64,000 nucleotides of DNA from Candidatus Omnitrophota bacterium (GTDB lineage Bacteria > Omnitrophota > Gorgyraeia > JAFGHF01), in NCBI GenBank assembly GCA_042571705.1, contig JBHPFV010000002.1:46822-110821 (forward strand), written 5' to 3'. Below are positions 49,103 through 58,542 of the stretch, one piece after another; the first letter of the stretch is position 1, and each line of letters starts with the position of its first letter. The notes beneath the pieces are model-generated. The model was not told the origin of the DNA, made no database searches, and worked only from the letters and a program-made list of their open reading frames with translations. The position numbers and the translations under genes were made by a program.

Positions 49103-50079
49103 ACCAACTCGGCAATCTGCACCGCATTCAGCGCCGCGCCCTTGCGTAAATTATCGGCCACTATCCATAACCAAAAACCATTTTTTACAAATGGATCTTT
49201 TCTGATCCGGCCGACAAACACATCATCGGTTCCGGCAGCATCAATCGGCAGCGGATAGGCGCCGCTTTCAGGCTGATCAATGACCTTAATCCCTGAACTC
49301 TTGCCTAAGAGCTGTTTAATTCTTTTTACGGTAATATTACGCTTGGTCTCAAGATAGACCGCCTCACTATGTCCGATGGCCACAGGCACCCGGACACAAG
49401 TAGCGCTGATTCTGATGTTTTTATCATGCATAATCTTGTGGGTTTCATCGACCATCTTCCATTCTTCCGAAGTATAGTCGCATTTGCCAAAACCACCGAT
49501 ATGCGGAATTACATTTCTTGATATTTGTGAACTAAAGGCCGGCTCTATTACTTGTTCGGCCCTGGTTTCGCTCTCCAGTTGTCTTAAGCCCCCACGCCCA
49601 GCTCCGGAAACAGCCTGATAACTGCAGGCAATCGCCCTTTTTAAACCTGCGGCCTGATAGATCGGCCAAAGGGCAACCACAAACTGAATAGTGGAACAAT
49701 TTGGGTTAGCAATCAATCCGCGATGTTTTTTAACATCTTCGGGGTTGACCTCAGGAACCACCAAAGGTACGCCTTTCTTTAAGCGAAAATCGGCGCCGTT
49801 ATCAATCACTACGGCCCCGCTTTTGATCGCATCCGGGGAATAGGTTACGGCCGCCCCTTTTTCTCCTTCTGTCCCCGCAAATAACGCAATATCTATACCC
49901 TCAAAGGCATCGGCCGAAATTTTCTGGACATTATACTTTTGATCATCAAAGACCACTTCGCGATTACTCCGCGCAAACACACGCAGTTCATTGATCGGAA
50001 ACTTTCGCTGACGCAAAACGCGCAACATTTCCTCACCGACCGCCCCGACACCAACTACCGCTACATTATATTTCCTCAT
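49084..50079 (-). CDS. asd: aspartate-semialdehyde dehydrogenase
   Basis: VPLVVPEVN, IANPNCST, YQAVSGAG, ATCVRVPV, DNLRKGAALNAVQI; start at the ATG at 50079. Confidence 0.96.
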   Translation of the reverse strand: MRKYNVAVVGVGAVGEEMLRVLRQRKFPINELRVFARSNREVVFDDQKYNVQKISADAFEGIDIALFAGTEGEKGAAVTYSPDAIKSGAVVIDNGADFRLKKGVPLVVPEVNPEDVKKHRGLIANPNCSTIQFVVALWPIYQAAGLKRAIACSYQAVSGAGRGGLRQLESETRAEQVIEPAFSSQISRNVIPHIGGFGKCDYTSEEWKMVDETHKIMHDKNIRISATCVRVPVAIGHSEAVYLETKRNITVKRIKQLLGKSSGIKVIDQPESGAYPLPIDAAGTDDVFVGRIRKDPFVKNGFWLWIVADNLRKGAALNAVQIAELVCATLK

Positions 50080-51161
50080 TCTTTTCCTTTTCGCTTTAAG
50101 AGGTTTTGGCACACTAAATCTCCGACTTCGGAAGTGGAATATCCCATCTTGCCGGCAGAGAGGCTCTGTAATTTATTTCCGGTAACATACATTACCGCAT
50201 TTTCGACCATTTGCCCGGCTTCCTTTTCACCCAACTGCCTGAGCATCATCTCCAAGGCGCAAATTGAGGCCAGCGGATTAATGACATTTTTTCCAGTATA
50301 TTTAGGCGCTGAGCCGCCAATCGGCTCAAACATCGAGACGCCCCCGGGGTTAATGTTACCTCCGGCAGCGATACCCATGCCGCCCTGAATCATCGCGCCC
50401 AAATCAGTAATAATATCACCAAACATATTGTCGGTCACAATTACATCAAACCACTCGGGATTTTTAATCATCCACATGCAAGTGGCATCCACATGCGCAT
50501 AATCGGTTTGGATATCCGGATAGTCTTTGGCCACTTGATTAAACAAGCGCTCCCAAAGGCCCCAGGCATAAGTCAAGACATTAGTCTTGCCGCAAAGAGT
50601 AAGCTTCTTTCTTTTATTGCGCTGGCGGGTAAACTCAAAGGCAAACCGTAGGCAGCGCTCAATCCCTAAGCGGGTATTGCGTGAGACTTGAACCGCCACT
50701 TCATCATCGGCCCCTTGATTAATAAATTCTCCCTCACCCACATAGAGACCCTCGTTATTCTCCCGGACCACCACAAAATCAATATCCTCAGGCAACTTGT
50801 CCTTTAAAGGCGTCCAAACTCCGGGGTAGAGTTTGACCGGACGTAAATTAATGTACTGATTCAGGCCAAATCTAATCTTTAGCAGTAACCCTTGCTCTAA
50901 AATCCCCGGTTTGACCCGCGGGTCGCCGACCGCGCCAAGAAAGATGGCATCAAATTGCTTAAGACCCTCAAGTTGGGCGTCGGTTAGCACTTCTTTAGTT
51001 TTCAGATAGCGTTCGGCACCGTAGTCAAATTCCTGGGCCTGGTATTTAAAGCCGCAGATTTTACTCACTGCCTCTAAGACCTTTAAGCCTTCGCGGACTA
51101 CCTCTGAACCAGTACCGTCTCCGGCGATTACGGCTATTTTATATTTTTCTTTCTTATCCAC
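50076..51161 (-). CDS. leuB: 3-isopropylmalate dehydrogenase
   Basis: GDG.G.EV, NLRP, VRENNEG.Y, NMFGDI.TD, FEP.GGSAP. Confidence 0.92.
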   Translation of the reverse strand: MDKKEKYKIAVIAGDGTGSEVVREGLKVLEAVSKICGFKYQAQEFDYGAERYLKTKEVLTDAQLEGLKQFDAIFLGAVGDPRVKPGILEQGLLLKIRFGLNQYINLRPVKLYPGVWTPLKDKLPEDIDFVVVRENNEGLYVGEGEFINQGADDEVAVQVSRNTRLGIERCLRFAFEFTRQRNKRKKLTLCGKTNVLTYAWGLWERLFNQVAKDYPDIQTDYAHVDATCMWMIKNPEWFDVIVTDNMFGDIITDLGAMIQGGMGIAAGGNINPGGVSMFEPIGGSAPKYTGKNVINPLASICALEMMLRQLGEKEAGQMVENAVMYVTGNKLQSLSAGKMGYSTSEVGDLVCQNLLKRKGKE

Positions 51162-51625
51162 TGCATCAATCCTCCTGCTCTAATCAACTCCTGCATAAAC
51201 TTAGGAAATTTTTGGGCGTAATAGACCTTGGCTTGCGCCAGATCGGAAATTTCACCTTTATCTAAATCTATTTCCAGCAAGCTATTATTTTTAATCTGTT
51301 GAGCCTGCTGACAGTCCAAAATCGGCAGGCCGATATTGATCGCGTTGCGATAAAAAATCCGGGCAAAACTCACGGCCACTACACAAGAAAAACCGGCGGC
51401 CTTAATCGAAACCGGCGCATGTTCCCGAGACGAACCACAGCCAAAGTTCTCACCGGCTACCATCAGATCGCCCTTTTTCACGGCCTTAGCCAACCCCGGC
51501 TGAATGCCTTCCATACAATGCCGGCCTAATTCCTTGGGATCGCTAATGTTTAAGAACCTGGCCGGAATAATCTCATCCGTATTAACATCATTACCGAACT
51601 TATGTACTCGACCTTTTAACTTCAT
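51134..51625 (-). CDS. leuD: 3-isopropylmalate dehydratase small subunit (short type)
   Basis: [36 protein letters not shown]. Confidence 0.93.
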   Translation of the reverse strand: MKLKGRVHKFGNDVNTDEIIPARFLNISDPKELGRHCMEGIQPGLAKAVKKGDLMVAGENFGCGSSREHAPVSIKAAGFSCVVAVSFARIFYRNAINIGLPILDCQQAQQIKNNSLLEIDLDKGEISDLAQAKVYYAQKFPKFMQELIRAGGLMQWIRKKNIK

Positions 51626-51629
51626 TAGG

Positions 51630-51686
51630 GTACACTTCTCCGATTGATTTTAGGACACTTCTCCGATTGAGTTAAGAACCGGTCTT
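51630..51686. repeat. 23-bp-period mini-array at the distal end of the cassette insertion
   Basis: ACACTTCTCCGATTGA at 51632 and 51655, then GAACCGGTCTT. Confidence 0.8.
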
Positions 51687-51690
51687 AGTT

Positions 51691-52119
51691 TTATGTGACA
51701 CGGTGGTTTGAGTTGCTGGATGTTTTTAATTTCTTAATGAGATTTATATAAATCGTCTTCAAATAATAGACGCCTACCAGAAAAGCTCCAACAAATAGCA
51801 AAGATTGAAATGAATTCAATCCTCTTGCATATGTATATTTAATCCAACCTCTATGTGCTTGTGCATGTGCCTCGAATAACGATTTAGCTACTTTTGATTC
51901 TCGCTCCGTCTTTGGGAAGAACTCACTGTGCATAGAAGTAAATTGCTCAGTAAAAGAATCATGGATATCTTTTACTTTTATGGCGGTCAAAAATATTGAT
52001 GTTATAGCTCCTATGATTAAAAGCATACCAATCCATAAGACAATCTTATCGCTTTTCTTGATTTCAGAATTTAGGATACGTTTTTCGATTTTGGTCAATT
52101 CCATATTCTTTGCTCTCAT
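51691..52119 (-). CDS. hypothetical two-TM membrane protein (cassette 2)
   Basis: AT-rich ORF starting 13 nt after the attC R' box; two hydrophobic segments. Confidence 0.65.
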   Translation of the reverse strand: MRAKNMELTKIEKRILNSEIKKSDKIVLWIGMLLIIGAITSIFLTAIKVKDIHDSFTEQFTSMHSEFFPKTERESKVAKSLFEAHAQAHRGWIKYTYARGLNSFQSLLFVGAFLVGVYYLKTIYINLIKKLKTSSNSNHRVT

Positions 52120-52132
52120 ACCTTATTATTAC

Positions 52133-52205
52133 ATCCTACGTCGAAATCAGCAGCCTCACCCGTGGTTAACGCGTTGTAAGGGTCCGCTGGATTGATTTGT
52201 TAGAC
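52133..52205 (-). other. attC recombination site (73 bp)
   Basis: R'' GTCTAAC, 5-bp spacer, L'' AATCCAGC ... L' GCTGATT, 5-bp spacer, R' GTAGGAT; L'' has the single extra base typical of attC; R' deviates from GTT. Confidence 0.85.
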
Positions 52206-52257
52206 AAATATTTTAATACCATATTCTTTTAATATCCTCATTATAATTTGAAATATC

Positions 52258-52866
52258 TTACGGAAGCAATGAGGAAACATTTGCATCTTGATTAAGAATT
52301 GATGAATAACGTATGCAGAGTTTATCTAATCCTTCAACGGCTCGATGGATTTCATGCCATTTTATTTTTTTCTTCCCTTTTAATTTTCTTTGACTATGAG
52401 CAAAAATGGTATCAACCGTAGTGCCAATGCGTTTAGTATTTTTTTCAAACTTATTCAAGTCTGCAATGACATTTTTTTTAGGTAAGGCGTCGTTGCCGGC
52501 GCCAACGAGTGAATTAAAATCTTCCTGACCAAATCTTTTTATATGTTTAGGATACCGCCTGACATAGCTTCTTCTTGTAATAATTTGCGGGTTTTTGGCA
52601 ATAGATTGCATAAGGTGAAATAATGAGTAAGTCCTATTATCTTTATCAATAAGTCGGCGAATTCCCATTGCAACATGAGTTGCATAGTTCCTTTTTACCC
52701 AGTTAATAACAAGAGTGTTGTTTATGTATTTCTGGGAAGTATTTATGATTTCCATTGATTGACGAAAAATATAATTATCAATGAGGACACCGGTAACCAT
52801 TTTATTTATTTTTTTCATCCGGTATCGCCATTTAGCTCTGGTTTTGGAATAGTCTTTTTTATGCAT
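52258..52866 (-). CDS. HEPN AbiU2-like protein (cassette 1), possibly truncated by a nonsense change
   Basis: helical protein with IRRL.D....SL and a C-terminal D.IFAH resembling AbiU2-type HEPN; the frame stays open past the TAA to 52213. Confidence 0.55.
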   Translation of the reverse strand: MHKKDYSKTRAKWRYRMKKINKMVTGVLIDNYIFRQSMEIINTSQKYINNTLVINWVKRNYATHVAMGIRRLIDKDNRTYSLFHLMQSIAKNPQIITRRSYVRRYPKHIKRFGQEDFNSLVGAGNDALPKKNVIADLNKFEKNTKRIGTTVDTIFAHSQRKLKGKKKIKWHEIHRAVEGLDKLCIRYSSILNQDANVSSLLP

Positions 52867-52922
52867 TTATATTTTGTCTAACAATTAATATAGGAAATTC
52901 GTATTTTGTGGTATTACTCTCG

Positions 52923-53178
52923 TTTGACCTTGCGAGGTGTCTTTGCAGAGCGAGCATTAGAATTTTTTCGGCAAAAGAGTTGTGAGCATTTACAGTGAGC
53001 AAATGGCGGAACTGACCGAGAAACACCAGATTATATTCTTACGAGGGAATTCCGCCAAATTTGCGAACTGCCCCTCCTTAAAGTAACCTTTAGCCGGCCA
53101 CGAGCGCAGCGAGTGGTAAATGCCACAACTCGGCGAAAAAATTCAGCGAGCGAGCAAAGATACCGAAGCAAGGTCAAA
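52923..53178. repeat. long nested-hairpin element, copy B
   Basis: arms TTTGACCTTGC/GCAAGGTCAAA, GGTGTCTTTGC/GCAAAGATACC and GAATTTTTT/AAAAAATTC enclose the core shared with 3220-3394. Confidence 0.88.
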
Positions 53179-53183
53179 GAACC

Positions 53184-54467
53184 TTAAATTTCCTCAGGAT
53201 GGGCGATTCGTCCTTTGATCGCGCTGGCCGCGGCCACCGCCGGATTCGACAAATAGACCTTGCTGCTTAAGGCCCCCATCCGGCCCCGGAAATTACGATT
53301 AGTAGTGGCAATGGCCACCTCGCCTTCGCCCAGGATACCCATATGTCCACCCAGGCAAGGCCCGCAAGTCGGCGGGCACACTGTTGCCCCAGCCTTAACA
53401 AAAATGTCGATCAAGCGTAGCTTTAAGGCCAGGCGAAAGATTTGTTGCGTACCCGGAAAAACAATTAATCTGACCCGGGAATTAGCTTTACGCTTCCTCA
53501 AAATACTTGCCGCCGACATCAAGTCGGAGATCCGCCCATTAGTGCAAGAACCAATCACCGCTTGGTCAATGTTTATCTTCTTTAACCTGCCTACCGGCTG
53601 GACATTACTTGGTAAATGCGGGCAAGCCACCTGAGGCTCTAATTTGCTCACATCATATTCCCAAATTGCCGAGTATCTAGCCCCGGGGTCACTGCTTAGG
53701 CCTCTAAACTTCCTCATGTTTGCTTTGGTCAAGCTGGCCCCGGCCACCTGCCTAAGATAGGCGTGCGTTTTTTGATCGGGGGACACGATCCCTGATTTTG
53801 CGCCGGCTTCAATAGCCATATTACACATCGTAAATCTGCCATCCATAGATAAGCGCGTTATCGCCGGACCGGTAAATTCCATTGCTTTGTATAGCGCGCC
53901 GGATACGCCAATATCCGCTATAGTCCGCAGAATTAAATCCTTACCTCCAACCCAGTTACCGGCTGTTCCATGATAAACAAACTTTATTGATTCCGGCACA
54001 CGCAACCAAACCTCTCCAGTAATCCAGGCCGCGGCTAAATCAGTTGAGCCTATCCCGCTGGCAAATGCCCCCAGGGCCCCATAAGTACAGGTATGCGAAT
54101 CAGCCCCGATCACCAACTGGCCGGGTAAAATCAAACCTTTCTCCGGAAGTAAGACGTGCTCAATACCGCCAAGACCTAGCCGGTAAAAATGCTTAATCTT
54201 GTAATCACGCGCAAAATCCTCAACTAATTTATTTTGATTTGCGCTTTGGACATCCTTGCTAGGTACGAAGTGGTCACAGACTAAGGCCGCCTTAGCGCGG
54301 TTAAAAACCGCAGCGGCTCGGCTGGCCTTGAATTTGGCGATAGCCAACGGTGAAGTAATATCGTTGCCCAAGGCTAAATCGACCCGGGCATTAATAAACT
54401 CACCCGGGGCAATGTCCTTCTTATTTGTGTGCGCCAATAAGATTTTTTCGGTTATTGTTGAGCTCAT
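53184..54467 (-). CDS. leuC: 3-isopropylmalate dehydratase large subunit (short, archaeal/Thermotoga-like type)
   Basis: DHFVP, GADSHTCTYGALG, GSCTNGR, CGPCLGGH, TTNRNF.GRMG. Confidence 0.93.
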   Translation of the reverse strand: MSSTITEKILLAHTNKKDIAPGEFINARVDLALGNDITSPLAIAKFKASRAAAVFNRAKAALVCDHFVPSKDVQSANQNKLVEDFARDYKIKHFYRLGLGGIEHVLLPEKGLILPGQLVIGADSHTCTYGALGAFASGIGSTDLAAAWITGEVWLRVPESIKFVYHGTAGNWVGGKDLILRTIADIGVSGALYKAMEFTGPAITRLSMDGRFTMCNMAIEAGAKSGIVSPDQKTHAYLRQVAGASLTKANMRKFRGLSSDPGARYSAIWEYDVSKLEPQVACPHLPSNVQPVGRLKKINIDQAVIGSCTNGRISDLMSAASILRKRKANSRVRLIVFPGTQQIFRLALKLRLIDIFVKAGATVCPPTCGPCLGGHMGILGEGEVAIATTNRNFRGRMGALSSKVYLSNPAVAAASAIKGRIAHPEEI

Positions 54468-55687
54468 CAGACCACTGTGTCTTTGGGAACTACCACAATC
54501 CCGGAATCAGTAACGGTAAATCGTTTGCGATCTTCATCCAAGTCATATCCGATCTTGGTCCGCGGAGAAATGCTTACATTTTTATCGATTATTGACCGGC
54601 GAATTTTACTATGTCTGCCGACCTCGGTACCATGCATGATAATTGAGTTCTGGACTTCGGCAAAGCTATTAATCCGTACTGACGGAGAAAGCAGCGAGTA
54701 CCTAACCAGCCCCCCGCTAATAATACAACCGTTGGAAATTAAAGAATTAATCGCCCGGCCAATACGGGATTTATCCTCCTCACCACCCCAAACCGTTTTA
54801 GAAGGAGGAAACTGCCCTTCATAAGTCCGGATTGGCCAACTGCGATCATAAAGGTTAAATTCGGGGACAACTTTTACTAAATCCATATTGGCCTCATAAT
54901 AAGCGTCAATATCCCCAACGTCTCTCCAGTAATTAGCTTGTTTTGTCTGGGGATCTTTAAAATTAAAGGCGAATATCTTTCTCTTTTTACTCAGCATCTG
55001 GGGGATAATATTTTTGCCAAAGTCGTGTTCGCTGTTTTTTAGTTTGGCGTCTTCCTCCAGCTCATCAATTAGGGTCTGGCGGTTAAAGACGTAGACCCCC
55101 ATTGACGCGCAAGCAAGATTAGGCTGTCCAAAAAACGGTATAGCTTTTGTCGGTTTTTCATGAAAGCCCTTAATTTTCATTTTACGGTCGACATCCAGAA
55201 TTCCCAAACGCTGCGATCCTTCTTTGGGCGTCTCGATTACCGCAACAGTCAACTCGGCCTGCTGCTGGCGATGATATTCAATGATTTCGGAATAATCCAT
55301 TGTATAAACATGATCGCCTGATAAAATCAATACATAATCCGGGCGCTCCTCTTTTGCTAAATAGAGGTTCTGGTAAATAGAGTCGGCTGTACCTGAATAC
55401 CAAGATTCGCCGATTCTTTGTTGCGCCGGAATAGCGTCAATATATTCGCCTAGTTCACTATTCAAAATATTCCAGCCCATAATTAAGTGGTGGTGTAAAG
55501 AACTGGATTTATACTGCGTAAACACACAGATATTACGTAAACCGGAATTAATGCAATTGCTCAAGGTAAAATCGATAATCCGGTAAGTGCCGCCGAAAGG
55601 CACAGCCGGCTTAGTCCTTTCTCTGGTCAAAGGAAATAAACGCTCACCCTTTCCTCCGGCCATCACAAACGTTAAGACTTTAGTCAT
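54467..55687 (-). CDS. glgC: glucose-1-phosphate adenylyltransferase
   Basis: AGGKGERL.PLT..R.KPAVPFGG.YRIIDF.LSNC.NS, LSGDH, HDFGK, YWRDVG. Confidence 0.96.
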   Translation of the reverse strand: MTKVLTFVMAGGKGERLFPLTRERTKPAVPFGGTYRIIDFTLSNCINSGLRNICVFTQYKSSSLHHHLIMGWNILNSELGEYIDAIPAQQRIGESWYSGTADSIYQNLYLAKEERPDYVLILSGDHVYTMDYSEIIEYHRQQQAELTVAVIETPKEGSQRLGILDVDRKMKIKGFHEKPTKAIPFFGQPNLACASMGVYVFNRQTLIDELEEDAKLKNSEHDFGKNIIPQMLSKKRKIFAFNFKDPQTKQANYWRDVGDIDAYYEANMDLVKVVPEFNLYDRSWPIRTYEGQFPPSKTVWGGEEDKSRIGRAINSLISNGCIISGGLVRYSLLSPSVRINSFAEVQNSIIMHGTEVGRHSKIRRSIIDKNVSISPRTKIGYDLDEDRKRFTVTDSGIVVVPKDTVV

Positions 55688-56544
55688 TATTTTACAATCC
55701 TGTAAGTTGGATAAGCAAACTGAACATCTCTTTGTTGGGAAAATTCCTCTAGAATGCTTTGGGAAATTCGATCTTGGGTGCTGCGCCTTTCCCTGACTCC
55801 GGTCAGGTAACGCAAGATCAACTCAATGCCATATTCAGCGATATTTACATAAACGATCGGGGTCAGTTTGTCATAATAAATCATGTATTCGTGGGCCATC
55901 CTGTTAATCGAAGCGGCTACCTGGGGCTGCAATTTGTCGATTTCCGGATTGGCATGCTTCACTAGGATCTCCTTTGCCTTCTGCCAGTTACTTTCGAAGC
56001 TGACCGTAATCTTAACTTCGTTCCAGACAAAATTAAACCCTTTGGTGTAGTTGAATACTTTTTCTTTATACACGGCGCTATTTGGCACATGGACCACCCG
56101 GCCTGTGCTCTGCTCGGCCTCAACCCAATTCCCTACTTCCAAAAGAGCGGTCTGGAACATCCGCACATCAATCACATCGCCCTTGACCGCACCGAGTTCT
56201 ACCCGGTCCCCGACCGTAAACGGACGTTTAAAAATTATCAACAGCCAGCCGGCAAAGCAAAGGATTACCTCTTGCAGGGCCACCACCAGTCCGGCGCCAA
56301 CAATACTGATCACCACAGTTACCGACTTTACTCCTTCCAGCCAAAATACCAAACCAAAGATTAGAATAACCAATACCGTAGAGTAAAGAGTGGTTTTGCG
56401 TGCCGTATGTCTTTTGCGCAAGTCTTTAATCTGGCGGTTGATAAACTGGATAATTAACAGCCCTAAAAGGTAAATGCTCGCCGCAAAAAGAAAAAACTGA
56501 ACAATATTAGTACTCAATAAATCAGATATTTTATAAATCATCAC
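55687..56544 (-). CDS. MscS family mechanosensitive channel
   Basis: three TM helices; RPF.VGDRV.....GDV.D, VPNS. Confidence 0.88.
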   Translation of the reverse strand: MMIYKISDLLSTNIVQFFLFAASIYLLGLLIIQFINRQIKDLRKRHTARKTTLYSTVLVILIFGLVFWLEGVKSVTVVISIVGAGLVVALQEVILCFAGWLLIIFKRPFTVGDRVELGAVKGDVIDVRMFQTALLEVGNWVEAEQSTGRVVHVPNSAVYKEKVFNYTKGFNFVWNEVKITVSFESNWQKAKEILVKHANPEIDKLQPQVAASINRMAHEYMIYYDKLTPIVYVNIAEYGIELILRYLTGVRERRSTQDRISQSILEEFSQQRDVQFAYPTYRIVK

Positions 56545-56564
56545 AAACCTCCTTTAGGTAAATA

Positions 56565-58541
56565 CTATAACCGAAGAATGTTCAAATTGCAACTAAAATG
56601 GAATGTTTTTTTAAGGCTGATCGGCCAATGCGCCAGGATCGCGGTTTGTTGATAGTTACGCTCAAAACCAGATTCTGAGCAAGATATAGTCTCAATCGGA
56701 AAGGCCCAAATATTAGTCTGGCGATCAAAAATCAGGCTGACCCTTAGCTTATTGACCGGGTCGGCAAAGCTAAGCTTTTGGCTGGCGGCGCGGTCTATTT
56801 CTTCTTTGTTCGGGGTCCCCAGGGCAAGATTAAATTCCACCCCAAAGATCATCTCCAAAGGTATTTCAGTAAGGTTTTCCAATTTGTAGCGAATGGCAAC
56901 ATCTGCGCTCTCCTGCGCCAGCGCTAATTCTTTGGTGATCTTGACCGCCAGGTCCTGGCCGCGGTAATTCACCTGGCCGGTCCTCTGTAAAAATAGCTTT
57001 AACTGATCGGTGCTTGTCTTTTGCGTTAAGGCATACTTACCATTGATAAAATCGCCCAACTCTGGGTAGTCTAGATTTTTGAAGTTTGAGCAACCCAGCT
57101 GACTGGGCAGAAAGTGATCTAAAAGTGATGTCCGCAGATATCTATCATAGCTTAAGAATTTATCCAATCCCTGCTCTTTGCTACGGAATAAATCGCGGAT
57201 GTTCATAGCCTGGCTAAACTTGCGCTTTAATCTTAACTTATTGCTGGAGCCCACTCTTTGATGGTACGCCTCCGGTCTCCTGGAGAATCCGTCGCAGAGA
57301 TTGACCGCTTGCGGCCGATAATCCAGCTCGGTAATCGCGCCACCCCGTTCAGCAGAAATAAATAAATTCAAAATACCATTTTTAATCATTAATTCCGGCT
57401 GAGTGCCCTGATCTAAATCTATAATCTCAGAACTGAGCTGAACTGCTTGCCGATCCTCTAGAGCCGCTTCAGCCCGGATCAAATTCGCGTAAACCGCGTG
57501 CCTTAAATGGGCCAGGTAAATCCCGCCAAATACCCCGTGCCAATAAGGGCAATTGCATTGCGCCATATACAGGTATCTTCTGGCGGTTAAGTCTTGATCG
57601 GCGCTCCTCGCTAGTCTGGCGCTGACATCAAGCATTCTTTTATGCAAGCGATTTGCTTCCGGATACTTGCTAAAGAAGTTCTCAAAGGCGCCGCCGGACC
57701 ATTGCATTATCTCCTGATAGCCGCCAGCCGGAACTTGGATCGACCCTTGGGGCTTTTCGCTGTGCAAATATTCGCTAATTGTCCGCGTGCTTAACCAACT
57801 CTGGTTATCAACCAAGAGTTGGAAAAACTGCTCCAGCCACTTTTTTCGATATACCCAGCGTTGAGTGCCCGGCCAAAGGCCAAATTTCTCACCGTCATCA
57901 ACAATAGTCAGGGCTGGGTTTTGGGTATTTTTAGCCCTGTCTTTTAAGTATTTAATTACCTGTTTCGGCCTGGAAAACGGGATTAAATAACGCAGCTCTT
58001 TGTTCACTGTAAAACATGATAGCGGGGGCGTGGAATTTTGAATAGTGTAATAACCGGAAAGATCTTTATGGCTCAATCCCGCTTTAAGCAAATGGAAATC
58101 ATCGAGTAAGATATATTTCAGGCCGACTTTAGTTAAACTGCTAATTAGCTCCGGGGCCCAGACTCTTTCCCCCAGCCAGAGACCTTGAGGTTCATATTCA
58201 AAATAGTCCCGAATAAAGTTATTCAGCATTTCAATTTGGCCGATTCTGTCTCTTTCGGGAATTACCGGAAGTACCGGCTCAAAATAACCTCCGCTTAATA
58301 TTTCTAAGCGTCCCTGTTTGACCATCTGCTTAACGATCTGCAATAACTCCGGATCATTTTTGAGTAACCAGTCAATCAAGGCGCCGCTAAAATGCAGCGT
58401 AGACTTAAGCTGAGGAAATTTATTGATCGTCTCAAGAAAGGGGCGGTAACAATCTTCGGTGGCTTTTCTAAAGACCGCGGGAAGATTTCCTACCGGCTGG
58501 TGATTGTGAACTCCGAATAGAAGGGTCAGTTTACCTGGCAT
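56565..58541 (-). CDS. GH57 4-alpha-glucanotransferase / alpha-amylase
   Basis: HNHQPVGN, GG.FEP, G.WL.ERVW, DDGEKFG.WPGT, YWHGVFGG.Y. Confidence 0.9.
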   Translation of the reverse strand: MPGKLTLLFGVHNHQPVGNLPAVFRKATEDCYRPFLETINKFPQLKSTLHFSGALIDWLLKNDPELLQIVKQMVKQGRLEILSGGYFEPVLPVIPERDRIGQIEMLNNFIRDYFEYEPQGLWLGERVWAPELISSLTKVGLKYILLDDFHLLKAGLSHKDLSGYYTIQNSTPPLSCFTVNKELRYLIPFSRPKQVIKYLKDRAKNTQNPALTIVDDGEKFGLWPGTQRWVYRKKWLEQFFQLLVDNQSWLSTRTISEYLHSEKPQGSIQVPAGGYQEIMQWSGGAFENFFSKYPEANRLHKRMLDVSARLARSADQDLTARRYLYMAQCNCPYWHGVFGGIYLAHLRHAVYANLIRAEAALEDRQAVQLSSEIIDLDQGTQPELMIKNGILNLFISAERGGAITELDYRPQAVNLCDGFSRRPEAYHQRVGSSNKLRLKRKFSQAMNIRDLFRSKEQGLDKFLSYDRYLRTSLLDHFLPSQLGCSNFKNLDYPELGDFINGKYALTQKTSTDQLKLFLQRTGQVNYRGQDLAVKITKELALAQESADVAIRYKLENLTEIPLEMIFGVEFNLALGTPNKEEIDRAASQKLSFADPVNKLRVSLIFDRQTNIWAFPIETISCSESGFERNYQQTAILAHWPISLKKTFHFSCNLNILRL

Positions 58542-58542
58542 G

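Larger units (their letters stand above)
51691..52922 (-). mobile_element. integrase-less integron-like cassette array (CALIN-like): two cassettes plus an attI-like site
   Basis: GTTAGAC core at 52882-52876 before ORF1, complementary GTCTAAC after it, attC at 52133-52205; AT-rich; interrupts leuC-leuD. Confidence 0.75.

Noticed and set aside
51630-51686. CRISPR interpretation of the 23-bp mini-arrays
   Set aside because: Repeats (12 bp) and spacers (11 bp) are far too short, there are only two or three units, and no cas genes are present.
51980-52195. 71-aa plus-strand ORF across cassette 2 and the attC
   Set aside because: It is antisense to the cassette ORF, overlaps the attC, and has no supporting features.
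3220-53143. The two hairpin copies as ends of a 50-kb composite mobile element
   Set aside because: The enclosed DNA is core housekeeping, the outer arms differ, and no shared target duplication or transposase is visible.
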